Source: Callorhinchus milii
Lineage: Eukaryota
Reading direction: 5' to 3'
Length of the DNA stretch: 64,000 bases
NCBI RefSeq assembly: GCF_018977255.1
Contig: NW_024704747.1
Span: 27,094,001 to 27,158,000 of the forward strand
A program made the translations under genes and the position numbers. Below, in pieces: positions 25,718 through 39,000 of this stretch. Positions within the stretch are counted from its first letter, which is position 1. Every line of letters starts with the position of its first letter. The notes under the pieces are model-generated. The model was given only the letters and a program-made list of their open reading frames with translations. It made no database searches and was not told the origin of the DNA.

Positions 25718-26699
25718 ATGAACTTTGTAGATTGTGTGCAAGATTCTATTTCAGTGTTATTTCTTATCAAATCAAATTGTCAATAAATTATTTGTCAAGT
25801 TCTGTTTTACCAATAACTACCTTTATTGAAAGTACCGTACCTTTTTAAAAAAACTTGATGTTCATATGAAGGTATACCTTTATACAACCTTTATTTAAAA
25901 ATGCTGTACGTATACACTGGATTTCAGGGAATCAAATTGCTGAAGGAAACATTGAATTAATAAATAATATTGTGCAGATGGATTTTCATTTACTTAGTGT
26001 CAAGGCTAAATGTCTATTACAGATTGTACGATTGGTGATTTGTTTGCAGTTTCATGTTATGGAATAAAATTGGTGACTGGAATTTTTTTCTAATAAAATA
26101 TTGCTTTATCGCTAAGAAAGTTTGCCTTCTGGACAGCAATGTAATCAAGCATTGGAATAAGTAAAACCGCTTGCCCCTCGGAAGATCAGATTGTTCTTAA
26201 GTAACAAGGTGGATGGGGTGGGTGTTGTAGATTTGGTTGTCCACGTACATATGGAAGTTGACCCCATGGGTGACATTACCGGGGGGAGTATGCAAATGAG
26301 GGGACAAGGCTGGAGCCTTAGGTATGCCAGGGGTGGGAGGAGGAAAAAACATTGAAGGAAGATGACATGATCGACTCGAAGGCAGCAGAGAAAACTAGGG
26401 GAGAGAGGGAACCCTGATCACAGTAAGAGAGGCAGTCGTCGGCGAGTTTGATGTCTTAATTACTACTCATTGCACACAAATAAATATATATTGGCCTTCT
26501 CTGTAAATGGGCTTCTTTTCCATAGCATTTCATAATCGGCATTTCACTGCCTCAAAAACAAATCGGTCTTAAATTAGTGTGTTAAGATACTTTACCACCT
26601 GGAGACACCCGTTATCGACGGAGCCGCAATTACCTGTGACACTGTTTAAATGTTAAATCGCTTCTCACAACTTGCATTTGAAAAACAGGCTCATTTGTG

Positions 26700-26822
26700 C
26701 TATTTCGCGTTTCGCCCACAAAACGCAGTCAATTCGCTTTACAGTATATCGTGCGAAGCGCTTTGAGACGTCGCAACGATGCGATAAGGCGCTGTATCAA
26801 ACGCAAGGATGATGATTATTAC
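26700..26822 (+). mobile_element. SINE 3' tail fragment just upstream of PHGDH
   Basis: ttcgcccacaaaacgcagtcaattcgctttacagtatatcgtgcgaagcgctttgagacgtcg...ataaggcgctgtatcaaacgcaaggatgatgatt. Confidence 0.7.
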
Positions 26823-27016
26823 TTTTTGGAAGAAATGCTCGGCAAACTTCCGAGTCTCAAACCGTGCCAAGGGCGGGGTTATGCTAATCTGGACCCAAAA
26901 AAAATGCTCTTAAGCCACCACTCTGGTGAGGAAGCACTCAGTGCTGCTGCTGCCTGGAACTCCCAAGTTAAGGAAAACAGCTTCCCTGAAGCCAAGCCAC
27001 AACAAAGGAGAGAAAA

Positions 27017-30000
27017 ATGGCCTTAGCAATCCACAAGATCCTCATCAGTGAGACTGTGGACGCAGTTTGCAAGAACATCTTGGAGCAGAATGGTATAGAA
27101 GTGGTGGCAAGGAATCAAATGGCCAAGAATGAGCTGCTGGCTGAAATTAAGGTACAATATTGGTTGCGAGTTCCTCACTGCAATCCCAGTCTCCTGTGCC
27201 AGATCTTAAGTTTTCTGGATCGTTTTGCGTGGCTTTAGTTTGTCCTGTTCCATCCAGTTGTGACTATCAGAACATGTTGCGCCTTCCTTTCAGTTTGTCC
27301 AGTTCCCAACATTTATCATAGTTTATGATATAACATGTAATTCCATTTCCTTTTCCCACTGTTAGCTTTTTTTTTGCATTAAGGTCAGGGTGGATATGGG
27401 AGAGGAGGGAGAGTTAAATGCAGTTTGCTTTCTTCCTGCTTTGTTTGTGTGATGCAGAGAACAGGGCTCAAGCAGCTCGACTTGTCGTAAGATTTGCACA
27501 TAGGGTCAGAACATGCCAAGAAGACGTTCGTTAAACAATCTTTGCATCAGTATTCACCTTTCTTTCGGCTTCACGCGCAGATTTGCATCTTACTCCCATT
27601 GCTCTGTCTGATGCAACAGCACGTTGAGTTTTGGAGGAACTCTGAACGATTTCACACAATTGGCAGTGAATAGAAGAGGTTGGATTCCAGTGTAATACAA
27701 CACGACACAATACAGTACAAAATGTGCTGCTGTTGGAAAAGATTATCCACAGCCACAGCAAGTCGTTGAGCTGTACAAAATGTACAGTTAATTCACTTTA
27801 CAGTATATTCTGTATACCTTTGGGGTGTGTATCATACATAGTCTTGGGTAAGTTTCCTTACTCCACACGCCTGATAATAATCCCTCAAGAGAAAAAAAAT
27901 AATAATTTGGTCACTCTATCCGCGGCGGTTTGTGGGACGCTGCTGTTCGCAATTGGCTGCCGTGTTTTGCCTACAAATATACGGTCAATTCACTTCACAG
28001 AATATTCTGTGAAGCCCTTTGAGACGTCGAGAAGACGTGATCAACATTCTTCGACCACATTTTCTTTTGTTTCAGATCGTTGAAATAATTACTAGCCATC
28101 TGTTTTGATGTTAGAGTTTCTCACAAACTTTCCAGTGAGCAGTTTGCTAAATATTGCATTTTGAATAACTTTTTACATTTGTTCCCAGTGTATTGATAAA
28201 AGCTGGACTGGTGCCAATCCCGTGATCTGTCTCTGCAATGCTTAATTTACTTTTCTCTATTGAGAAGAATGTCCTCCTTATCTTACTCTTTATCTGCAAC
28301 TATAGATTAATGTATAATACACATTGGTGGACAAGCAACCTTATTGCTTATTGCGACCTTATTGCGACTGTGTTGTGTTGAATCTGACTTTTAAATGTGC
28401 AAACAAATCTGATTTGCCAATTTACCACTGCTCTCCCTGTGAGAAAATGCCACAGTTCGACCATTTCCTGGAATAAGAACCAGTGTTTATACAGCTCCTT
28501 TCATCTAAATTAAAAGGCCTTACTGTGTGTCTTGAATTAGAAATGAAGTTGATGCAAGAGCGGCAGCCAATCTGACAGCGTTCTCACAAGCAATCGTGAG
28601 ACGGTTAACAATTAATGCTGTTTTGATGTGAATTTGGACATTAAGAGATAGGAATAAAAGTGGTGAAAAATATGTTGAAACAATGGTGCATTGCACCATC
28701 ATGTCACTTTACAGCCCAGTTCCTAGTGTTAACAAATATAGTGATTCTATTGTTGAAATATTTTATATTAAATGGGTTGTAAAAGAATGAAAATATCTGA
28801 TTTAAAATTCTGTTTACCCATCTCAAATTATTTTTTTTATCCTAATATAATTTGATAAGAATCCTGAGGAAGATTTGACCACTGGTGTAAAACATTTGAC
28901 ATTGCTGATGGTATGCTCAGAGTAATTAATGTTTTATTGCCAGGACTATGATGGACTTATCGTGCGTTCTGGAACAAAAGTTACTGCTGATGTGATTAAC
29001 GCTGCAAAAAATCTGAAGATAATTGGCAGAGCTGGAGTTGGTGTCGATAATGTGGATGTTAATGCATCAACAAGGAATGGCATCATTGTTATGAAGTAAG
29101 AATAACTGATTTGTGATTGTTTTCAGACGGGCTATGTAAATTGTCTTTCATAAAGGAATTTGTTTGAGAGCACTGTGGGTGGGTGGGTGCTGTGTAATGC
29201 TACTTTTCCATATAAATGCCGTTAATGACACAGAACTAGAGAAAGCTTGATTTACTACAGCATTTTCCAAATGTATTAAGGCATCTTGTGGTTTTGGTAT
29301 AAACCGGTTACTAAAGTAATAGGCTAACAACTAAATTGAATATTAATCGTGATTTTTTTTTTCATCTTCAAAGCACACCAAATGGGAACACACTCAGTGC
29401 AGCTGAGCTGACTTGTGCAATGATTCTGTGCCTGGCCAGGTAAGCTGTTACAACCCATCACCTTTTAACATTTGTCGATGTGGTGACTTGAGACGAAAGC
29501 TTCGCGGAACACTTTTTTTTAAACTTAATTTTGCATATGTGGGTGCCATTCTGGCAGTATTCATTACTAAATACAATGAAAGCAATCCTGTAAATTGTAA
29601 TGTGTGGGGAAAAGCAGCAACTAGTGACGTATTTCCTTATCTAATTTAATTCTCATTTTGGTGTGGATTCTGCTATTTTATGCACATGGGTGCTCTTCAT
29701 TATGTAAATGACCACCTATAAAAAAGATTAGATGATTATGTAATCTTTTTCACAAGTTAAGTGCATCACCTCCATCGATTGACAAATCTTATTCTGAAAT
29801 AACTCCTAAGTCTTTGGAGCCCTGATGTAGTCACCTGAAGGGTATGTGCAAAAGGCAATCAAAAAGGCAGTCCTGCTCCTAGTTTAACATAAAGCATAGT
29901 AAACAGTTCTGTGAAATTCTACTTTTTAAAATGATGCACAAATATTTGAGCGGATGGATAATTCTAATCTTTGTAACACATATCTTTGTCTGCTTGATTC

Positions 30001-33000
30001 AACTACTGTCACATGTTGAGTTTGGCTGTTGACTACCGTTTGATTTTACTAAAGACTTATATTGCTCGGTTCTGTGTTTGTTTTCCTGTGAAAACTGTCA
30101 AATAAGCTTTTAATTTGTTTCAGACAAATTCCACAAGGAACTGCCTCCATGAGAGCTGGAAAATGGGATAGAAAGAAGGTGAGAGGAATAAGATTTTGAA
30201 TGGTCCCAAATACTTGACAAATTCTGAATTTTTTTTTTGCTGTTTGCTAATTGCTAATCTACTAACAAAGTCTCTAATTCTTAACTGTTTTGTCTGACAC
30301 TTGCTGTCAGATTAGATGAGATTTGATTGAGTTGTTGCCAGGATTAGCAATAAAACCAAATATCATATGATTCAATGGGTATATGAAATGCATAGAGTCT
30401 TGTGGAGCCATAGTTGACCTAAGGCTAACCAAGGTGCTCCCTCTTGAAACGTTGTATGTGTGGATGCCAGAGAATGAAAAGAGGCTTTGGTTGTGGTCTT
30501 CCATGGTCTGATTTACTGTTGAAACTTGCTCTTGCTTCATGTTGTTGGGTTGCAAGGTGCAACCCAACAGAAGAACCAAAGTCGCTTGAATTTTACATTC
30601 AACGGTTTAACTTAAATAAGGTTGTAAATGTGTACAATTTCGCATAGGTTCGATCAACGTAGTTAAGGTAGTCAGGATTTCAACAGATAATATTGGCTGT
30701 TAAGTCTTCCTGGAGCAGCAGAAAACGTAGTCATTCTCATTAAGTCAAACCACGTCACTGTAATGAACAATATCAATGTACATAGCCAGTAGGTGAACAT
30801 CTTTAGCTTCTTGTGTCCCTGAAGCGCTGATAATAGCAGGTGTTGAATCTCTCGCAGTTATGTTGTAGCTGTATTCTCGTATCACTACAGTCTTCTTCCC
30901 ATGTTGTTAGAACTTTGAACAGTCGAGGTCAAGTGGCTTGAGTCACAGAACCTTGGGTAGAAGTTCTGGCTTTCTGGAGGAGCAGAAAACATAGTCACTC
31001 TCATCAACTCAAACGCTTGAGATAGCCAACTCAGACTGAACAAAGCACAGCTTAGCTATTTCAAGGTCCTTTTTTTAATCTTTGTTTGTTTAAACACCAA
31101 GATGGCCTGTGCAAATCTCCATGTTCTCAGGCACCTGATAGTTGTTTGAACAGACTGGGTCTGTCTTTGGCTACGCACGGGCTGACTCTAATTAAAACAA
31201 TGCAAGATCGCTTCATCAACAATCAGCGAGAGCTACAGCTGTGCTAAATCTACTTCTTTCTTTTGAACCAATTTAAACCTTCAAGCCAATGAGATACTGA
31301 CACTTTCCCATAACATTGTATCTAGAGTCATGCAATCTATCTCGTAACATATGTCACTTTAAATATAAATTCCTCAATTCAGCTGTTTATTTAGGCTTAT
31401 GGTTCTACAAGTCATTTTGATATTGATTATCAAGCATAAGCAACCCTTCTCCTGATCGAAACAGCCAATTTATAATCAAGAGTCAATCTGTAGGACAGCC
31501 TGACACTAGATGACGAGCATAAGTCCTTACTAAATTTAAGCAATCTACTTCTGATCACATTGTATGAAGAATGGCCCCTGGGAAAGAAACTAGAGAACAT
31601 CTTGTATCTACAAAATCATACTACAGCGTCTTCAGGCTGGAAGAAAATTGGTAGAAACATGAATGACACAAATTAAGTGGGCTATCTTACCCCCACCTTA
31701 CACTCCTTTCTTAAATTTTTAACAAGCTGGAATCTGACCAGATCATGATCTTCATTTGATTCCAGTTCATGGGTGTGGAGCTCTTCGGGAAAACTCTTGG
31801 AATCGTAGGACTTGGAAGAATTGGCAAAGAGGTAGCGACGAGAATGCAGTCATTCGGGATGAAGGTAATTCTGCTCTTTGGTGATTAATGTAAAAGCTTT
31901 AAAATGTGAAGTTTGGGGCTAAAATGAACTTGACTTTAATCGTGCCTTACATCTATCTCAAAATGTTTCACATGTAATTTACGGTCAATTTCAGAGTCTG
32001 GTTTGTAATCCAGCCATATCACAAACAATTATGAGGTGATTGGCTATTTATTCTGGAGGATTATTAACCAGGACTGAGAAAAGTCCACAAGATGTCTAGC
32101 AGTCAGAGTTAAATATGAATACAACCCGAGCCCAAGTTGGTAAAGGTAAAAATGATTTTTCTTTTTCTTTTATTTTCTTTTTATTTGAAAAGGAAAATAA
32201 AATCTTTTGCTGTTGGAAAGAATAAATTTGCTTCCCACAACTATTGCTGGAATGCCAATCGGGGGGTGGGGGTGAATCTCTATTGGAGCAGTGATTCTAA
32301 CATATTAAAGTGAGAATATCAACATGTTCTCAGACCAGTAGCTCTGCTATCTTTCAAGGTTAGTACATCATACAGTGCTTTCCAAACAACTGTGACTTTA
32401 CTTGTTTTATTTCAGTGTGATAATTCAAGAGGTCAGGTTCCTGATGGTCCTGGGTTTAAACTTGTTCTGAATTTGGTTTAGCCAATCCACAACAGATTTA
32501 CACTTTCTACAGGGCCTTTCACGTTGGGAGGACATCCCAAGGCACAATCTAAGCTTTAAAATTGTGTCGTCCAAAATGGAACTAGAATTGGATGAGCTGA
32601 TCTTTCAATCAACATGTGTAGAGGAAGATGGTTTGGCTGTAACCCTTCAGTTATACCACTGGTTTACCTGCTCCCTTCTGTGCCACCAGTCAGAACATAG
32701 ACCTTTTTCCGTCCTCTACATTTCTAGCTTCAATTTGTGGACTCTGTTCAGCTTGACAATTGATTAAATGGTTCATAAATCTATTAACTCAAAATAACTG
32801 GACTTGTGACTCCCATTTTCCCCTCCCAGTATTGTAGTAATTATACCCACAGCTTTTTAAGCAAATCTACACAGCAGACCTTTTATTTCTGTTGCTAAAT
32901 CCTCCAGGCTGTTGAGCTAGAACTTGGTATCGTTTAAGTAACCAAGTTATCACATGACATCGCTGCTCAACAACATTAAAACAAATTGTCTCTGAAATCG

Positions 33001-36000
33001 TATTTACTTGAAATATGGTTCCAATGAATAGCTCCAGTGTTAACCAGCAAAATACAACTGTTTTCTTTACGATATACTGTTTTAATATGAGCCAAAATGT
33101 GTATACATTAGTGCTATTCATTACTAAGCAACAATAACAACTACTGTAATCTTAAAAGGTTGACTTTATAAGTTTGCTGTTTCGCTGGCTAACATTAAAA
33201 ATGATAATTTATTCTGATTTCCCAAGCAAATCTGGCTATTATAATAGTACTCCATCCCAAACTGAAATCTAGTATGCCATAAAGCCTCTCAGCAAACTGT
33301 GACTAACACGTTACTGAAAGTAAAGTAAAATAAATCGTACTTAATGTTAATTGTAGCTATTAAATACCGTACGGTGCAATATTAGGAGGTTAGAACAACT
33401 CTAGTTGAATCATTCAGAGGATTGTTATCTGCAAAGTGAAGTATCGTGTTGACTTTGTCTTATGCACTGCACTCACAGACTATCATATCCTGGAAATATT
33501 GTAGTAAGATTAATTGGTCAATTCAAATGCTGGTTTAAACTGCAAATATTGAAGAATGTGTGGAGTTAGAAACATTTTGCTGGCTTTTGAACGTTAGCTT
33601 ACTGAATGGCTCCGGTTGCTTGCATTCCTCTGTAAGTAGCAGATAAGCTGTTCACAGTGTGTTCTTTGTTTTTCTGCATGCCAGACTCTGGTGTGCTATT
33701 CATCAGGACTGAGAACTGGTGGTGGGAAGTATTAGATTTTATGTTTTTGGCATTTAGGTTCAGTTTTAGCTTTTGAGGTATATTGACATTGGTGCATTCG
33801 GAAAGTTTCAATTGAATGGTGTGCCCTTCCTATTACATAGAGGAGTTGTGTATACAGGTATCGGTTTGCATGGTCTTCTCTTCCCTTTTATTATATTAAT
33901 AATCTTTGCATTTGATTTAGCGCCTTATCATGTCTTCGAGATGAGCGTCTTCAAATTGTTTAACAAATTTTTTCGTACTGTTAGCCATTGTTTTATACTT
34001 TCCTTGTTAACTAGTATTTCAGTCTTTTTTCTTGTTGATTTAAAAGCTCCTGTTGAGAGTTTGCTTACAAAGGATATTTCTTTCCCCCGAAGAGTTTTTT
34101 TGCCATAAATTGTCCTGAAGGTCTCCTATTGAGACCTGAATGAAAAGTGCTTTACACTGACCAGTCTATGGGACCCTAAAGCAAATCATGATGGTTCCAA
34201 TTAATTAGTGGATCAATTGGTATCTGTACCTTTTTATTGTGAGAATGAATTGAGCACCAATACAGTGTTAATACTTGTTGTTTCAGACCATCGGTTATGA
34301 TCCTATAGTTCCTGCTGAGGTGGCAGCCACTTTTGGAGTCGACTTCATGTCACTGCCACAGCTCTGGCCACTGTGTGACTTCATCACTGTCCACACTCCT
34401 CTAGTGCCAGCTACTAAAGGTAGGTAGATGCTTAGTATGTCACTTCCGTCATGGATTTAAAAGGGATTCAAAATCGCTTTGAAGGAATCCTAAATGTACT
34501 GGATGTATTTGGGGATAATCCTGAATTAGATTTCTGCATTTAAATTAAGCAAAGAACATTGCTGTATTTGATAAAGATATCCTTTTGTGGTAAGTTGTGG
34601 ACCTCTGTATCTGTTCTATGGTAATAGCACTATGTTAATGTTTTCAGGAACTATCCTGGAGATAGTTTACTAAGCTTTGTTGTACTGTATACATTTTATA
34701 ATTGGAGAAAATCCCATTACACATGCACCCTGGTAAATTTGATAAATTTCCAGACTTTTAGAAGTTCTCTTTCCTCTAATCAATCTTGAACAATCTGTTA
34801 CTGAGCAGCATCACAGACTCTGAATGGTCTATTTTTTAACTTATGATGTCAATAAGAGAACAGGAAGGCTAATACGTAAAGGGAACACAGTAAGATGGAT
34901 ATTCTGGATAAAATAATTAAATTGGCCAAAGTGTCTTCGTCCAAACCTTCCTTGTGTGATCTACAGTTTGTATCCCAGGAAGGGGAAAGAACTTCTCAGT
35001 ATTTGAGTCTGTATATCAATGCTATGGTAAATGACAAATTGTATTCAAGTAAAGATTATTGGACTATAAAACCTGTGCGTCTGTGTATGTGCGACAGAAT
35101 GATGCTTGTTAATGACTCCAGATTGATATTTTGTGTCTTTTTTTTGTTCAGGGTTGTTGAACACTGAATCCTTTGCCAAATGTAAAAAAGGCGTCAAAGT
35201 TATTAACTGTGCTCGAGGAGGCATTATCGATGAAGAAGCGTTACTTCAAGCGTTGGAGTCTGGGCAGTGTGGTGGCGCAGGACTCGATGTATTTGGAGAG
35301 GTATATAAATTGTATTTGTTCAGCTTTCTTTGCACACAAAGAAGGAAGGTGTAGTGCCAGGGTATGTGTGACTCCTATATTTTGAATTTAGCATTCTGCA
35401 ATATTTAATGCAACCCATTCTCTCCTATTTTGAGTTAGCAAAAATCACTCATAATTCTAAAACAATCCTCACGAGAGTGCACACCTAGATTGCTTGACAG
35501 AATTTGCTATAGAGTATAGTGACTTTTGAATATGCTCCAAATCTCTTTGCTACCATGATCGTTCGCCAAATTCAGATCAAGTAATGTTACCCCAGAGAGC
35601 ACTATACCTCACTCCTCCTTCTGCTATTTACCATGTAAACAAGTGTATTATATTCAGTGGCTCAAATAATGTTTTAGTTTGTTTGAATGTAGTCCTTGAA
35701 CAAATCGATGGAGAGCGTCAGTGTTTTGTAACTATCATTAAAAGTTGATCTAGTTGCAGTTTGAAGTGCATCAAATATTTTGTTACAAAACGCTCTAGTT
35801 TCCAACTTTTCATTTGTTGCTTGAAGATAAAACTGCAACATAGTGAATTCTGACGCAGTTACTGTAGAAATTAGGAATCTGAATCATATTTTAGTATTCC
35901 CCTCATTTTAGTGACATCAAGAGATGATAATCTATTCTGGTTGACTTGGTTAGATTGAGGAAACCAATCTGGCTATTCTCCTATTAAAATAATAACTTCA

Positions 36001-39000
36001 TGCTTGCTGGTGCTGAGATGTATTTCAAATCTGACTGCAGTAATGTTGCATCACTCCAAACCTGGAAGCATTGATGGGCTTTGCTTAAAGATGGAGTATA
36101 GAATAAAGAAAACATTTGCAAGGTTACGGGGAAAGAGCGAGGGAGTGGGACTAGTTGGATAGCTCTTTAAAAGAGCTGGCACAGGCTCAATGGGCCAAAT
36201 GGCCTCCTTCTGTGCTGCAGAATTCTATGAATACCATTTTCAATTGCTTAAGCTATTCACACAATTAGCAATTCTGATTTTAACTTGTTTTTTAATTCTA
36301 CACATGTGTGGTTTATGTGTCAATTCAGGAACCACCAAAGAATACTGCTCTGGTGAACCATCCAAATGTGGTCAGCTGCCCTCACCTAGGAGCCAGCACC
36401 CATGAAGCCCAAAGACGGTGTGGAGAGGACATTGCAAATCAAATAGTGGACGTGGTGAAGGGCAAGGCACTGGTTGGAGCGGTACATAATAATCCTATTT
36501 TTGTGTGGGTGGGGGGAGGGGGGATTTGCAAAATGGTGAGATTGTTCCAGAGATAGATCTTGCGTCCAGTAACAATGAGGTTGACAATAGTGTTAACACT
36601 GTACTAATCTTGGCATCCATTAGTTTCTTGCAAACATTCTTTTGGATGATTGACATTCATAGAGCTGTCCAGATCTGTGCATCACTGCTATAATATCCAC
36701 TTCATAGTTTTGTGAACACTGTATTTTGTAGTTCAATTGTCGCTATGTAACTTAATGATCTGGTTATCAGATGTGCAAATAGCAATTCTAGCACTAGATA
36801 TTCTTAACTCTTTCCTACCTCCCCTTTATCGTAGGTCAATGCCCAAGCTCTCACCAGTGCCATGGATCTTGAAACCAAGCCCTGGATCCAGCTTGGGGAG
36901 GCACTGGGTGTAATGGGCCAGGCTTTAGCTGGAAAAGTCAATGATCAAATGAAGGTAAAAGTAACAACACTGGGTAAGTAACTTAAAATGTTATTGAAAT
37001 ATGCCCAGTTGATCCAATGCAAAATACATAAGACCTCTTTAACCCATCAGCTCCTGTCCTCTAACCCATTTTCTCCTCTGTCTCCCCCCCCGCCCCTCTG
37101 TTAATCCTTAAAAGCCTCTCCTTCCCAACTTGTTCCAGTTCTGACGAAGGGTCTTGGACCCCGAAACGTTGACTCACTTTCCTTTCTCCATAGATGCTGC
37201 CTGACCTGCTGAGTGTTCCCCAGTGACTTCTGATCTAATGCAAAGTTTATAGATGACTTTAGATTTTACTTGGGGAGTAGATATTAACTATGAAATTGAG
37301 CAGTTATATTCTGAAGAATATTTCCCCACTCTGTATAATCTTCCACATCCAAGACATTTGTAATTATAATGGTGCTTAGCCGTACTATTGAGATTTTGGC
37401 ACCTTTACCTAAACAGGAAACGGGATTATTTTTTCGATGATTAATAAAATAACATGATGATAGACCATTTACGTTTAATTAATATTTTATGATTTTTTAA
37501 ACACATAGGTGAATCCTTGAGAACTGCTAAGAATTACCTTACCTCGGCGGTGATGGTTGGCTTGCTTAAAGGAGCATCTGAGAACTATGTCAACCTCATC
37601 AATGCACCCCTGTTTGGAAAAGAGGCAGGATTGTCTGTAAGTGAACTGTTTCTCTACTTTTGTGTCGACTTAGCGTTCCAATTCTGAAATTCATTGGAGT
37701 AAAGAACAACTTTGTAATCATTCACTTGGTGGTTGATGTTGACTGTAAGCGTGAATTTGGGAGAGTCAGTTGCATATCACTAATTCTAGCAATGTATTGT
37801 GTATCTAGATTGAGATTTCTGCTATAACCACATCAAGAACAGAACATTAATGTTGGCATCAGTGCATCATAGACTCCCAATATATGATGCTCACAAATAC
37901 TTCCTAAGTAAAATGTGTAAAAATTTATGGTCTGCTAAAGTCACTGATGATGATGATGATGATGACAATAATAACAATAATAATCCTTGCATTTTATATA
38001 GCGCCTTATCACGTCTTCTAGACATCTCAAAGCGCTTCATAGAATATTCTGTAAAATGAATTGACTGTAAATTTTGTGGGTAAAACTGATGTAATATGCC
38101 TTATTCTTTCACATGCCTACGAATGCTGCGTAAAACAGTTTGGACTTCTTTAATTCACAGTACCGATCAAGATTTTCATTTTTGCATCCATCCCAGCACA
38201 AATTCTGAAGGCAGATTATTTGAAAATACTTTCAACAAATTCGACATATTTGTATATTCCACAGATTACCAGCCAGCACAGGGACTCCTTTCCAGAATCT
38301 GCCACTGGGGCATTGAGCCTGGAGATATCTACTCCTGGTGCCTCCTATAAACTTCTCGGTTCTGTACAAGGGAATGTCCCAGTGATGCTGGGACTTGATG
38401 GAGCGAGGCTTGCCCAGGCTGTGCTGCTGAAGGGAAACCTGCTGATCTACAAGGCAGAATCGAATCCTCAAACGGTGCTGTCGGTTGGGGGTAAGTGATA
38501 CGATTATTTCTATTTAAACTCTTTGGCTCTTTTATACTTTCACACGTTTGTGTCGTAATATTTTCGTACCATTTTAATTTTTACATCCCATTTGGCTACC
38601 AAAGGACAAATTACTTTACTTCATATTTGTCCTGTTTGTACATAACAATATTAATAGTAATGCTGCTTCTATGATGGGCTCCGTTTGATGATCGAGATTT
38701 CTTTTTCCTCTGCGCTTTGCGTTTTGTGCTCCCCCCCCCCCCCCCCCCCCCCCAGCCCGCTCCCCTTTCCATGTCAGTAAAGCAGTTAAAACTAAAACTA
38801 TTAAAATGTAGATTTGCAATGAGTAAATTTGGTTGGCATAGTAGCAAATCATACAGTCAAGAAAGGGTTGATCACTGGTCTGCACTGTTAACGGATCTGA
38901 ACAAGTAGTTCATTCCTGGACTGGATGCAGTTGTTGGCCAGTGTGTGCTGACTCGTGCCTCTCCAGGCAGTGACTGGGCTTAGCTATAGCGCTCCCTTGT

